NCBI GenBank assembly: GCA_964406895.1
Contig: CAYOTK010000002.1
Location: 6,004 to 70,003 of the forward strand
Direction of reading: 5' to 3'
DNA: 64,000 nt
Source of the DNA: an uncultured Candidatus Saccharibacteria bacterium
GTDB taxonomy: Bacteria; Patescibacteriota; Minisyncoccia; Phycocordibacterales; PALSA-1337
The notes under the pieces are model-generated. The model was not told the DNA's origin. It was given only the letters and a program-made list of their open reading frames with translations, and ran no database searches. The position numbers were made by a program, and so were the translations under genes. Positions 29,042 through 38,702 of this stretch are shown in pieces (position 1 is the stretch's first letter; every line of letters begins with the position of its first letter).

Positions 29042-29935
29042 ATGATCGTATTGCTTAGAAAACTTGCAATAACAATAATATTATTAGCTGTAGTTACAGT
29101 CATATCATATGGTTTTTTGACCTTGTCGAAACAAGATGAACAAGCCAGTTTGAGTTTGAAAGATAATAAGAAAGCATTGGATCAATCTCATACAAGGATT
29201 TCATCAGAAGTTCAAGGAATTATTGATTCCGAGACAAAAAGACTACAAGAAGAGAAGGTTAAACTTGATGAATTGAGAAAGCAATATTCATTCTATGGTG
29301 AAGCTGATACAGAATTGGCAAATCAAGTAGTATCTCTTGGTACAGAAATCATAGAAAAAACCAAGAATTTTGCACCGAAGGAAAATGAAATTTCTGATAC
29401 CAAGAATAAGGTCGAGGAATTATTAGAAAAAATTAAGATTTACAACGAAGTTGCAGAAAGCGATAAGAAAATTATTCGTGACTATATAAGTGAGCTACAA
29501 TCATGGTCCAATAATATCACTCCGACAAATTCAGGTCTGACACAGACAGAAATAAATAAAGAGAAAAGTACAATCAGTATTCTTGCCAAGGAAGCAGAAA
29601 AAACCTTCCAAGATATCGTTAAATACGAGAATATCCTAAAGCAGGAAGAAAAGATTAATAATATAGTCGAGAATATAGAGGAATTGAAAAATACGACTAC
29701 GAATTCAGGCACAAATACAAATGAAAATCCAGCACCTAATACCTCGACCGATAATAGTAGTTTAGACACTAGCACTAGTTCAAGTCAGGTAGAATTTCCT
29801 GGATATTCTTACGAATCAAGCGTATATACAGATGATGCGCCTAAGAATGGTTTGGTGCCGGTTATATTCTTTACAAATAAGAAAAGCGCTGATACTAGTA
29901 GTAAACCTGATATTCTTCAAGGTTCTGATCTCTAA
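29042..29935 (+). CDS. membrane-anchored coiled-coil hypothetical protein with Ser/Thr-rich tail
   Basis: N-terminal TM, heptad-rich body, T/N/S-rich C-terminal stretch. Confidence 0.6.
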   Translation: MIVLLRKLAITIILLAVVTVISYGFLTLSKQDEQASLSLKDNKKALDQSHTRISSEVQGIIDSETKRLQEEKVKLDELRKQYSFYGEADTELANQVVSLGTEIIEKTKNFAPKENEISDTKNKVEELLEKIKIYNEVAESDKKIIRDYISELQSWSNNITPTNSGLTQTEINKEKSTISILAKEAEKTFQDIVKYENILKQEEKINNIVENIEELKNTTTNSGTNTNENPAPNTSTDNSSLDTSTSSSQVEFPGYSYESSVYTDDAPKNGLVPVIFFTNKKSADTSSKPDILQGSDL

Positions 29936-29939
29936 TATT

Positions 29940-30971
29940 ATGTTTTATAGAAAAATTCTAAAACCAATATTGTTCAAGTTTGATCCAGAAAGTGTACATG
30001 ATTTCTTCGTGAGTTCTGGAATATTCTTCGGGAATAATCCGATAACTCGATCTCTGATCAAGCTTGCTTATGGTTATTCGAATCCCAAACTTACCAAAGT
30101 CGTAGATGGTATCACATACAAAAGCCCCGTTTTGCTTTCTGCAGGTTTTGATTATAATGCAAAACTTTTCAATATTTTGCCATGCATAGGTCTCGGTGGA
30201 GAAGAGGCGGGTTCTGTCACAGCTAGACCTTGCGAAGGGAATCCAAAACCGCGTCTTACCAGATTGCCTTTGTCAAAAAGTATTCTTGTAAATAAAGGTC
30301 TCAGAAATGATGGTGTTGAGGCAATCATTGCTAGATTGAAAAAAGCCAAAAGACAGAAAGATTTTGTTTTGGGTATAAGTATTGCAAGGACGAATGATAT
30401 AAAATGTTCTTCAGTAGAAGAAGGTATTGCTGATTATGTTTATTCTTTCAAGAGGTTGAATGAAGAGAATGTTGGAGATTATTATACTATCAATATTTCT
30501 TGCCCGAATGCATTCGGTGGAGAAGCCTTTATAACCGCTCCACTATTGACTCAGTTACTATCTTCACTAAAGAAAATTCCGTGTAACAAGCCTGTCTATA
30601 TCAAAATGCCTATAAATATTCCTTGGTCTCAGTTCCAGTCTCTACTTCAAGTAATCGATGAATATGGCATGAATGGCGTAGTCATAGGTAATCTGAACAA
30701 GGATTATGAGAGACTAGATCATAGGCATGAAGCGCCCCGAGAATATTGTGGTGGACTTTCTGGCAAACCTTGCCTTCATCTTTCTACGGAACTTATTCAA
30801 AAGACCAGAGAATTATACGGCAAACGTTTTACTATTATTGGTGTCGGAGGTGTTATGTCTCCAGAAACTGCAAAAGAAAAATTTGATGCTGGCGCAGATC
30901 TTATTCAGTTGATTACTGGAATGATATATGAGGGCCCAGGACTTATAAAAAAGATATTGAAAAGTATGTAA
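29940..30971 (+). CDS. pyrD: quinone-dependent dihydroorotate dehydrogenase (class 2)
   Basis: FDPESVH, AGFD, GNPKPRL, NISCPN, GGLSG, IIGVGG; start moved to ATG 29940. Confidence 0.9.
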   Translation: MFYRKILKPILFKFDPESVHDFFVSSGIFFGNNPITRSLIKLAYGYSNPKLTKVVDGITYKSPVLLSAGFDYNAKLFNILPCIGLGGEEAGSVTARPCEGNPKPRLTRLPLSKSILVNKGLRNDGVEAIIARLKKAKRQKDFVLGISIARTNDIKCSSVEEGIADYVYSFKRLNEENVGDYYTINISCPNAFGGEAFITAPLLTQLLSSLKKIPCNKPVYIKMPINIPWSQFQSLLQVIDEYGMNGVVIGNLNKDYERLDHRHEAPREYCGGLSGKPCLHLSTELIQKTRELYGKRFTIIGVGGVMSPETAKEKFDAGADLIQLITGMIYEGPGLIKKILKSM

Positions 30972-30982
30972 TTTCAATTTTA

Positions 30983-31191
30983 GTATTCGTCCTCGGTCAG
31001 CTCCTGTGTATTTTTGTAAAGTTTCGAATAATCCACGAAGAATGTACGGGAGAATTTTCCAAATGCCGGCTGAAGCCGTGGAAGCCGGCTTTTGTGAAAA
31101 TTCCCGTACATGATGAGTGGAGTTCGAAACTTTACAAAAATACACAGGAGCCGCCCTCAAACGAATACGGTTCTGACTCTGACGAATACGG
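30983..31191. repeat. long imperfect palindrome (~190 nt) in the pyrD-gap intergenic region
   Basis: Perfect 29-bp inverted repeat 31000-31028/31123-31151 with nested inner stems and outer gtattcgt/acgaatac. Confidence 0.85.
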
Positions 31192-31286
31192 ATGCTGTTC
31201 GTGACTAATACAGACAATTCACCAAGCATTGTACACAAATATTCATACATGATGTTATAATACGTACATAAATAATATTAAAAAAT

Positions 31287-32318
31287 ATGAAAAAAACACG
31301 CGTAGCAATAAATGGTTTCGGAAGAATCGGTAGAGCATTTCTTAAGGTTGCAAGAGAAAGGGAAGAGATAGAAATAGTTGCTGTCAACGATCTAGGCGAC
31401 ATAAAGAATTTTGCATACTTACTCAAATACGATACAGCTTATGGCGTCAGCAATTTCGATGTTAGTGTAGATGAATCAACTAGTTCTCTCGTCATTTCTG
31501 GTCAAAAAGTCAAATTCATAAGCGAAAAAGATCCAACCAAGCTTCCTTGGAAAGATTTGAATATTGATGTTGTTGTCGAGTCCACAGGTCTTTTCACTTC
31601 TTCAGAGAAAGCGCAAGCACATATAGATGCGGGTGCAAAGAGAGTTGTCGTAACTGCTCCTGTCAAAGATTCTCCAGAATCAAAAGTCAAAGGCGCCACA
31701 ATACTCATGGCTATGAATGAAAACGCGCTCCAAACATGCTCTATTTCTTCTAACGCTTCTTGCACAACCAATGCCGGCAGTCCTCTAATTGCTATTTTGG
31801 ACGAGACGATTGGGGTAGAAAAAGCTCTTCTCAATACTGTCCATGCATATACAGCTTCACAGGCTCTAGTCGATGGTCCCTCCAAGAAAGATTTCCGTGA
31901 GGGTCGTTCAGCTGCTCAAAATATCGTACCATCATCGACAGGTGCAGCTATTGCAGTTACGCAAGTCATGCCACATCTAAAAGGTTTATTCGATGGTATA
32001 TCAATACGCGTGCCAGTAGTCACCGGTTCAATTGTCGACGTCACTTTTGTTTCCAAGAAGGCAACTACAGTCGAAGAAGTAAACTCAATCCTGAAAAAGG
32101 CGGCTGGCGAAGAGCGTTGGAAAAATATTTTTACAACAACAAATGAGCAACTTGTTTCTCATGACATAGTCGGCAATCATCACGCTTCCATTGCGGATCT
32201 TTCTTTCACGCGCGTGGTTGGTGGAAATTTGGTTAAAGTTTTGGCTTGGTATGATAATGAGATGGGGTACACATACACCCTCGTAAATCATGTCATTGCT
32301 GCAGGTAGATTAGTCTAA
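31287..32318 (+). CDS. gap: glyceraldehyde-3-phosphate dehydrogenase, type I
   Basis: INGFGRIGR, SNASCTTN, WYDNEMGY. Confidence 0.97.
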   Translation: MKKTRVAINGFGRIGRAFLKVAREREEIEIVAVNDLGDIKNFAYLLKYDTAYGVSNFDVSVDESTSSLVISGQKVKFISEKDPTKLPWKDLNIDVVVESTGLFTSSEKAQAHIDAGAKRVVVTAPVKDSPESKVKGATILMAMNENALQTCSISSNASCTTNAGSPLIAILDETIGVEKALLNTVHAYTASQALVDGPSKKDFREGRSAAQNIVPSSTGAAIAVTQVMPHLKGLFDGISIRVPVVTGSIVDVTFVSKKATTVEEVNSILKKAAGEERWKNIFTTTNEQLVSHDIVGNHHASIADLSFTRVVGGNLVKVLAWYDNEMGYTYTLVNHVIAAGRLV

Positions 32319-32348
32319 AAATCCAGACTTCTAAAATTCAATAAGTTT

Positions 32349-32376
32349 AAAGACCTAGTAAATCTAGGTCTTTTTT
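32349..32376 (+). terminator. intrinsic terminator of gap
   Basis: aaagacctag-taaat-ctaggtcttttttt. Confidence 0.75.
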
Positions 32377-32462
32377 GTACCTAGGCTCGTCTACCAAAGG
32401 TCGAAATTTATTAACCAAAGAATCATTGCCCTTACGAGGGATCAGCCGATGTACAACGGCAG

Positions 32463-32792
32463 ATGCTACCAATGAAAAATAAACCTAAAAACACTAGAGC
32501 AGTTACCTATAGAAGATATGGCATCCCCGCCCTCATCCTCGAAGGAAAATGGCTCACAGCAAAATATCGATTGAACATAGGTGATGTTATCGATATAGAT
32601 TATCAATCTAAAGAAATTCGACTACGGAAGAACCCATCTCTTAGTAAGGAGCGACAAGCCATGCTCAGAGAGAAAGCAGAAATCCGCAGACGGAGAATCA
32701 CGGGATACGCACATGAAAACACAAGCACAAATGAAAGCATTGGCCAGAGAAGCATTGAAACTAGTGAAGGACAGAGCGCCGTCGATAGTTGA
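32463..32792 (+). CDS. SymE/AbrB-like protein
   Basis: PALILEGKWL...LNIGDVIDI...EIRL resembles the SymE consensus PxLxLxGxWL...FxxGxxV. Confidence 0.55.
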   Translation: MLPMKNKPKNTRAVTYRRYGIPALILEGKWLTAKYRLNIGDVIDIDYQSKEIRLRKNPSLSKERQAMLREKAEIRRRRITGYAHENTSTNESIGQRSIETSEGQSAVDS

Positions 32793-33006
32793 TGAGCGGA
32801 TCCTTCCTGAAGCACTAGACGAGGTAGCCCATTACACGGGCGAACTTATGGGTAAGCTAACTAACCTCGATGCTGAAGATGACAAAGCTATAACTATGGC
32901 TCATGGAATCATCTATGACGGATTGCTAAGTGAGATCATCGGTCAGACCACAAAAGTTCAGCTTACCGCAGCAGACAAAAGAATTACTAAATTATTCAAA
33001 AAATAA
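32713..33006 (+). CDS. hypothetical phage protein
   Basis: 97-aa ORF in the early module. Confidence 0.5.
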   Translation: MKTQAQMKALAREALKLVKDRAPSIVDERILPEALDEVAHYTGELMGKLTNLDAEDDKAITMAHGIIYDGLLSEIIGQTTKVQLTAADKRITKLFKK

Positions 33007-33084
33007 AATCTCCCCGCGAGGAGAGATAGGATTCGTAAGATAAATCCATTCTCTCAAATACCTCTCGGGAAGTCAATAACCAAA

Positions 33085-34230
33085 ATGAACACACAAAATT
33101 TAACAACAGGTAAGCCAAGGGTGCAAGATAACTTCTTCGCATTGATTGGCAACACCAAGCCCTACTTCAAGGCAGCCTTCGAAGGCTTCGCTGGAACGGG
33201 TAAGACCTACACAGCAGCGAAAGTTGCCATAGGTCTACATAAGAGAGTCGGATCAAAGAAACCAGTCATCATCTTCGACACCGAGAAAGCGGCTAAGTTC
33301 CTCAAATCCATGTTCGCAGCGGAAGGGATCGAGGTACTGGTCCGCGAATCAAAATCCCTTGCCGACCTCAAGGAAACGATGACCCGCATGAGAGAAGGCG
33401 CAAGCGACGTTCTCATCATCGACTCAATCAGTCATGTCTGGGAAGACTTCCTCAAGTCATACGCAGAGAAGGTCAGACGCACTAGATTGGAATTCCAAGA
33501 CTGGGGTGTGATCAAGCCGACATGGAAAACAGAATTCTCCGATGTATTCGTCCGCGATCCCTACCACATCATCATGACAGGTCGTGCCGGCTATGAGTAC
33601 GAAAATGAGATCAACAAGGAGACTGGCAAAAGAGAGATCTACAAATCGGGAATAAAGATGAAGGTCGAGGGAGAGACAGCCTACGAGCCTGATCTCCTTG
33701 TCCTCATGGAACGCATGCAGGAGATGGAAGGAGGTTCGATCAAGAAGGTAACAAGACAGGGCATTGTCATCAAAGACCGCTCAACAGTAATCGATGGCAA
33801 GGTATTCGAAAATCCTGACTTCAAGGACTTCGCACCGGCAATTGACGTGATGCTAGAAGCTCCCGAAAAGCTCGAAACTACCGCAGAACGTGATGCGGGA
33901 ACGCTCTTCCGAACAGAGGAAGAAAAGTACGAGTGGAAGCAGATGAAGAAGCGATGGCTCGAGGAGATCGAGAATTATCTCGTCTCCGTCTGGCCAGGAC
34001 AATCTGCCGACCAGAAGAAGCTCAAAATCGACGCAATCAAATACGCATTCGATACCATGAGTTGGACGGTAGTCGAATCATTGCGACCTGAAGCATTGGA
34101 AGCTGGATTCAAGAGAGTCCAGGACTTCGTGCAGAAGCATATTCAGATACAAGCTGCGGAGGTGAAACAAGCGGAACCAAAGGTCGAAAAGCCAGCCAAG
34201 AAAACAGAGGCCAAGGCAAAAACAAAATAG
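33085..34230 (+). CDS. AAA_24 / Sak4-like phage recombination ATPase
   Basis: GFAGTGKT, IIFDTE, LIIDSISHVWE, YEPD. Confidence 0.75.
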   Translation: MNTQNLTTGKPRVQDNFFALIGNTKPYFKAAFEGFAGTGKTYTAAKVAIGLHKRVGSKKPVIIFDTEKAAKFLKSMFAAEGIEVLVRESKSLADLKETMTRMREGASDVLIIDSISHVWEDFLKSYAEKVRRTRLEFQDWGVIKPTWKTEFSDVFVRDPYHIIMTGRAGYEYENEINKETGKREIYKSGIKMKVEGETAYEPDLLVLMERMQEMEGGSIKKVTRQGIVIKDRSTVIDGKVFENPDFKDFAPAIDVMLEAPEKLETTAERDAGTLFRTEEEKYEWKQMKKRWLEEIENYLVSVWPGQSADQKKLKIDAIKYAFDTMSWTVVESLRPEALEAGFKRVQDFVQKHIQIQAAEVKQAEPKVEKPAKKTEAKAKTK

Positions 34231-34343
34231 AGAGAAAGCGCTGACTTTGGCCGCTGACTCAGTCCTCGCCGCAGCGGCACGAGGATTGAGATCAGAAGGC
34301 CAAGGGAAGATAACGCCTACCGGCGCTTTCTTTCTTCATCAAA

Positions 34344-34910
34344 ATGGAAGAACACAAAAAATACAATTTAATACCGAATAGCACTCAGTTACCAAATATT
34401 CTTCTCGACAAAATTATTCCTCTTATTCCTGAAGCTGAAGCACGATGCTTAATTTACATATGCCGTCGCACCTTTGGTTTTCAAAAGGAGTCGGATCGCA
34501 TTAGTTTTTCGCAATTTATGGAAGGGATCAAGGACCGGAGAGGTGTAGTTCTTGATTATGGCACTGGATTGTCCCGCCAGTCAGTCTCACAAGGGCTCAA
34601 AAATCTGGTCCGTGCAGGGGCAGTCATTTCAATCAAAAACAGCAAAGGGAATTTCTATAAAATTAATCTTGAAATGGCTGTGGATAAAGTAGTCAATCTA
34701 GTAGACCAGTCTAGAAAATTGACCAAAAGTGGTCTAAAGAATAGACCAAAATCGGTCTACCTAGTAGACACACAAAACCAAGGAAACAAAGAGAAACCAA
34801 GTATTAGGGGTTCGACAGATCCACCTGTGGATAACCGCCCTGAGTTTTTGAGACTCAGGGCAGATCTCATTGATAAACTTTTATTAAAAAATACTAATCA
34901 AAAATCATGA
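34344..34910 (+). CDS. phage replication initiator (lambda O-like N-terminal wHTH)
   Basis: TQLPNILLD, YICRRTFGFQKESDRISFSQF, TGLSRQSV; iterons inside the gene. Confidence 0.8.
   Translation: MEEHKKYNLIPNSTQLPNILLDKIIPLIPEAEARCLIYICRRTFGFQKESDRISFSQFMEGIKDRRGVVLDYGTGLSRQSVSQGLKNLVRAGAVISIKNSKGNFYKINLEMAVDKVVNLVDQSRKLTKSGLKNRPKSVYLVDTQNQGNKEKPSIRGSTDPPVDNRPEFLRLRADLIDKLLLKNTNQKS
34679..34834 (+). promoter_or_regulatory. candidate phage replication origin: four 15-bp iterons flanked by two DnaA-box 9-mers
   Basis: GTC(T/A)A-N5-T(A/T)GAC at 34692, 34709, 34732, 34755; TGTGGATAA at 34679 and 34826. Confidence 0.65.
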
Positions 34911-35320
34911 AGCAATTCTCATTCACCATAGAAGGTAACCAGGATGATCGACTTGGAAATGCCATACCAAAGATCAGAAAAACATACCGACAGCAATGGA
35001 CACCCGAAGCCCAGAGATATACAGCATGGAAGGGATACGTACAAGAAGCATTTCTTCGGTCACTTGTAGATATAGATTTCAGAGTTCACATAAGATTTCA
35101 GCGTCTAGTAAAGAAGCCAATAAAGCTTGCTGAGGGTGAAAAAGCTGTAATGGATATCCGCATTTTCTGGAAAGACGAGACGCACGGCGATCCTGAAAAT
35201 ATATTCGGCTCAATTACAGATGCACTTTTCTACAACGACAAATACCTCGATGGTTCATTCAAAAGTGAACTCGCAAAAGATGGTAAGGGTCGAGTAGAGA
35301 TAATTATCAACTTAAATTAA
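34907..35320 (+). CDS. RusA-like Holliday junction resolvase
   Basis: GDPENIFGSITDAL..ND (DxDN...DAL-like), GRVEIII. Confidence 0.7.
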   Translation: MKQFSFTIEGNQDDRLGNAIPKIRKTYRQQWTPEAQRYTAWKGYVQEAFLRSLVDIDFRVHIRFQRLVKKPIKLAEGEKAVMDIRIFWKDETHGDPENIFGSITDALFYNDKYLDGSFKSELAKDGKGRVEIIINLN

Positions 35321-35704
35321 ATGACAATGACATCAGAACAAACAAAAGTAATCAAAGATAAATTTATTCAGGAACTCAATGAACAGATTTGGCGCAAGAA
35401 AATGAACATCGCCTTTGACCTCGGTAAAATCCCAGATATCGAAAAACTCCGCGACGACAGATTCAAGGAACTTGATGGTCTTAATGCCGATCTAAAGCTC
35501 ATTGATCCTTCTGACACTACAAAGCAGAGTCGAGTAAAGAGAAAGGATTTAGAAAAGAAAATAGCATTAGCCGAAGACTTCACCTTGAAGTGTGATGAGA
35601 CAATCGTGGTTATTAGAGACAATACAAATAAGGAAAATGAAAAGGTCGATCAATTACTCGCAAGAATTAAATTTGCCGAAGATTATGGAATCGACAAAAA
35701 TTAA
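35321..35704 (+). CDS. hypothetical coiled-coil phage protein
   Basis: 127-aa ORF abutting its neighbours. Confidence 0.5.
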   Translation: MTMTSEQTKVIKDKFIQELNEQIWRKKMNIAFDLGKIPDIEKLRDDRFKELDGLNADLKLIDPSDTTKQSRVKRKDLEKKIALAEDFTLKCDETIVVIRDNTNKENEKVDQLLARIKFAEDYGIDKN

Positions 35705-36968
35705 AATCACTGAATTAAGACGTGCTGAGTATAACCCACGTATCATGCCTGAAAATGAAATGTCAGCACTCAAGACAAGTATCAAGACCTTCGGCTTTGT
35801 CGAATCGGTCGTTGTGAATACTCACACCTGTGACCAATGTGGTGACCGAAAATGGGTACTGGTAGGGGGTCATCAGCGAACTACCGCTGTAGAGGGGCTT
35901 GTAGCCCAAGGTGAGCCTATAAGGGGTATAGAAACCAATGATGGAGTCACTCTTATTCCAGCTAATCTGGTGGATCTGCACCTTCCAGAAGAAAAGCTTC
36001 TCAATCTCGCTCTCAACAAAATCAAGGGAAAATGGGACGAGAAAAAACTCTTTGAAATTATTGTGGAGCTTAAGGAATCACCATCAATTCCTGCTTCAGG
36101 ATTCAGAGATGATGAAATTAGTCGGATACTAGATCAGACACTTGATGATGAGGAAGAAGATGAAGGAGATGAAGACGAATTAAATAAGGAACCAATATCG
36201 AAGCTTGGAGAAATCTATGAATTAGGGTCCCATAAGCTTATCTGTGGCGACTCAACGGATCCCGAGGTCTATAAAAAACTTCTCGGGGATGAAAGAGCTG
36301 ATATGGTATTTACTGATCCGCCATACAATGTGAACTATAAAAGTAGAGGAAATAAACTAAAAGAGGAGGGTAATGAATCAATCAAAAATGACAACATGGA
36401 TGACAATCAATTCCGAGCATTCATTGATTCCGCTTTCTATGCATTATTTATTAGTACAAAAGAAGGTGCATCATTTTACATCTGCTCTGGCTGGAGCTCA
36501 TATCCGCAATTTCTTGAAAGCATGCTAAAGCATGGCTTCCAACACTCTGGGGTAATTATCTGGGTTAAGAATGTACCTTCTATGGGATGGAATGATTATC
36601 GCTACAAGCATGAATGGATTGCTCGCGCAATTAAACCTGATCCTAAAACTGCCAAGGGAATCATTTATGGTTGGAAAAATGGCACTCATAAATTCTATGG
36701 GGACAATGAATTCGATGTCTGGGAAATGCCGAGAAAGGCAGTCGCCCGCTACCTGCACCCGACTGAGAAACCTGATTGGCTTGCCATGAGGGCACTTCGT
36801 AACTCAACCAAAAGGAATGACATTGTTCTAGATCCATTCGGTGGGTCCGGTAGCACAATGGCTGCGGCTGAAAAGGTCGGTCGCCGAGCATACATGATCG
36901 AACTTGATCCGAAGTTCTGCGATGTTATACGCAATAGATGGGAGAGAATTAATAAAATAAAGCAATGA
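35685..36968 (+). CDS. ParB-like domain fused to an N6/N4 DNA methyltransferase
   Basis: YNPR...GGHQR (ParB), FTDPPY, HPTEKP, DPFGGSGST; start moved to ATG 35685. Confidence 0.9.
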   Translation: MESTKIKITELRRAEYNPRIMPENEMSALKTSIKTFGFVESVVVNTHTCDQCGDRKWVLVGGHQRTTAVEGLVAQGEPIRGIETNDGVTLIPANLVDLHLPEEKLLNLALNKIKGKWDEKKLFEIIVELKESPSIPASGFRDDEISRILDQTLDDEEEDEGDEDELNKEPISKLGEIYELGSHKLICGDSTDPEVYKKLLGDERADMVFTDPPYNVNYKSRGNKLKEEGNESIKNDNMDDNQFRAFIDSAFYALFISTKEGASFYICSGWSSYPQFLESMLKHGFQHSGVIIWVKNVPSMGWNDYRYKHEWIARAIKPDPKTAKGIIYGWKNGTHKFYGDNEFDVWEMPRKAVARYLHPTEKPDWLAMRALRNSTKRNDIVLDPFGGSGSTMAAAEKVGRRAYMIELDPKFCDVIRNRWERINKIKQ

Positions 36969-38092
36969 GGTACTTCAGTCTCTTCTCGGGAATTGGAGGC
37001 TTCGAACTCGGTATACACAACGCATATGTGGAAACAGTTAACAGAAAGAAGGACAGAGGAGGCAAAGCGACTCCGAAGACTCGGGGTGGTAAAGGATACA
37101 AGAAATCTGAAAAAGCTGGTCCCGAGAGAGGACTATCTTGCAAACACCATCACTGCGACGGCTTACGACAAGAATCGCTTGCTTGCGTGGGTTACTCCGA
37201 GATCGACAAACACGCAATCAGAATTTATGAAAAATATTTCAAACACACAAATTATGGAGACATCAGAAAAATCAAACCAAGAAAACTGCCAGATTTCGAC
37301 TTACTCATTGGAGGTTTTCCTTGCCAATCTTTCTCTATTGCCGGCAAGAGAAAGGGCTTTGAAGACACTCGAGGGACATTGTTCTTTGAGATTGCTCGCA
37401 TTGTCGCTGCCAAAAGACCACGGCTTCTACTCCTTGAGAATGTTAAGGGGCTTCTCTCTCACGAAACGGGGCGTACCTTCGGCATTATCCTCCGCACACT
37501 GGATGGTCTTGGGTATAACCTCCAATGGCAGGTGCTTAACAGCAAGAATTTCGGAGTACCACAGAACAGAGAGAGGGTCTTCATTGTTGGACATCTTAGA
37601 GACACACCCAGACCGGAAGTATTTCCTCTCTGCCAAAACAACAGCGAGAATATTATCTTACCGACCATTACGACACGTGTTACCGCAGACTCGAACGGAA
37701 CTTATGTTGGTAAAAGATCGACACATAAAGACCTGAAATATATTGGTGCAGTCATGAGCGAGAAGAACAAGAAGTGGCTCGATGATGGAAAACAGCTTAG
37801 TCGAAACTTTCCCCAAGGGAGCCGAATATATGATGCAAAAGGCATAGCTACAACTCTCGCAAGCCAGGCAGGAGGGTTGGGAGCGAAAACAGGACTTTAT
37901 GCCGTCAAAGGTTTGCAAAAGATACGTCGTCTTACGGCAAAGGAATGCGAAAGATTACAGGGGTTTCCTGATGATTGGACTCTAGGGACAAGCGATACCC
38001 AACGGTACAAATGTCTAGGGAATGCAGTCACAGTAAATGTCGTTCAAGCAATTATAGAAAAGCTTGTATTTACAAAGGTTAAATTAAAATAG
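36965..38092 (+). CDS. C5 cytosine DNA methyltransferase
   Basis: LFSGIGG, GGFPCQ, ENVKG, PQNRERV, RRLT.KECERLQGFP, YKCLGNAV. Confidence 0.92.
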   Translation: MRYFSLFSGIGGFELGIHNAYVETVNRKKDRGGKATPKTRGGKGYKKSEKAGPERGLSCKHHHCDGLRQESLACVGYSEIDKHAIRIYEKYFKHTNYGDIRKIKPRKLPDFDLLIGGFPCQSFSIAGKRKGFEDTRGTLFFEIARIVAAKRPRLLLLENVKGLLSHETGRTFGIILRTLDGLGYNLQWQVLNSKNFGVPQNRERVFIVGHLRDTPRPEVFPLCQNNSENIILPTITTRVTADSNGTYVGKRSTHKDLKYIGAVMSEKNKKWLDDGKQLSRNFPQGSRIYDAKGIATTLASQAGGLGAKTGLYAVKGLQKIRRLTAKECERLQGFPDDWTLGTSDTQRYKCLGNAVTVNVVQAIIEKLVFTKVKLK

Positions 38093-38108
38093 ATACGAAT
38101 AGATACGA

Positions 38109-38702
38109 ATGAAAATATTGCAGCCACAAGAAGAAAAAATAAAGCTCGCAATACGTGACGCTATTGCGGTTGACCCCTTGATATCCATATCGAGGCTTCA
38201 AGATGTATTGTTCAAAAAAGGCTTCAAGACAGCAGGGAATCAAAACCTTGCATGGCACTATATTGCAAAGGTTGTAAGAAAGATAAATCGTGAAGCCATT
38301 GAAAGAGTTGATCGGCAACAAATTACCGAAAGGTTGGCACAGAGTAAAGAGAGATATAGGCTTGTGTTCGACAGACTGATGCGTATTGCTTTTTATACTG
38401 ATGATCTTAAACAGGAAGGAATGCTACCTCCGAGCTACAAGGATCAAATATCTGCTCTTAACTCGATTGTTCGGCTAGATATTGCAATCTTAAATGCGGA
38501 AATGGATGCTGGGATTTTTGAACGTCATCTAGGGACTCTCGAGGTTGATAAAAGAAACAAGCCGATACCTAAAGAAGTAAGAGATCGAATCAGACAAGCG
38601 ATGATCAATTGGGGAATGATGTCAGATGTAATTAATAATCAAAATGCAGTCGATGCAAAACCTACCACAGCACTCGTGGTTCGAAACCAATCATCTTTAT
38701 GA
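38109..38702 (+). CDS. putative terminase small subunit
   Basis: Helical 197-aa ORF directly upstream of and overlapping the large terminase; assigned mainly by position. Confidence 0.45.
   Translation: MKILQPQEEKIKLAIRDAIAVDPLISISRLQDVLFKKGFKTAGNQNLAWHYIAKVVRKINREAIERVDRQQITERLAQSKERYRLVFDRLMRIAFYTDDLKQEGMLPPSYKDQISALNSIVRLDIAILNAEMDAGIFERHLGTLEVDKRNKPIPKEVRDRIRQAMINWGMMSDVINNQNAVDAKPTTALVVRNQSSL

Noticed and set aside
30813-31250. 145-aa minus-strand ORF over the palindrome
   Set aside because: It overlaps pyrD antisense, has no recognisable motif, and is probably a by-product of the palindrome.
32377-32460. attL site of the prophage
   Set aside because: No tRNA and no matching direct repeat was found by eye within the window.
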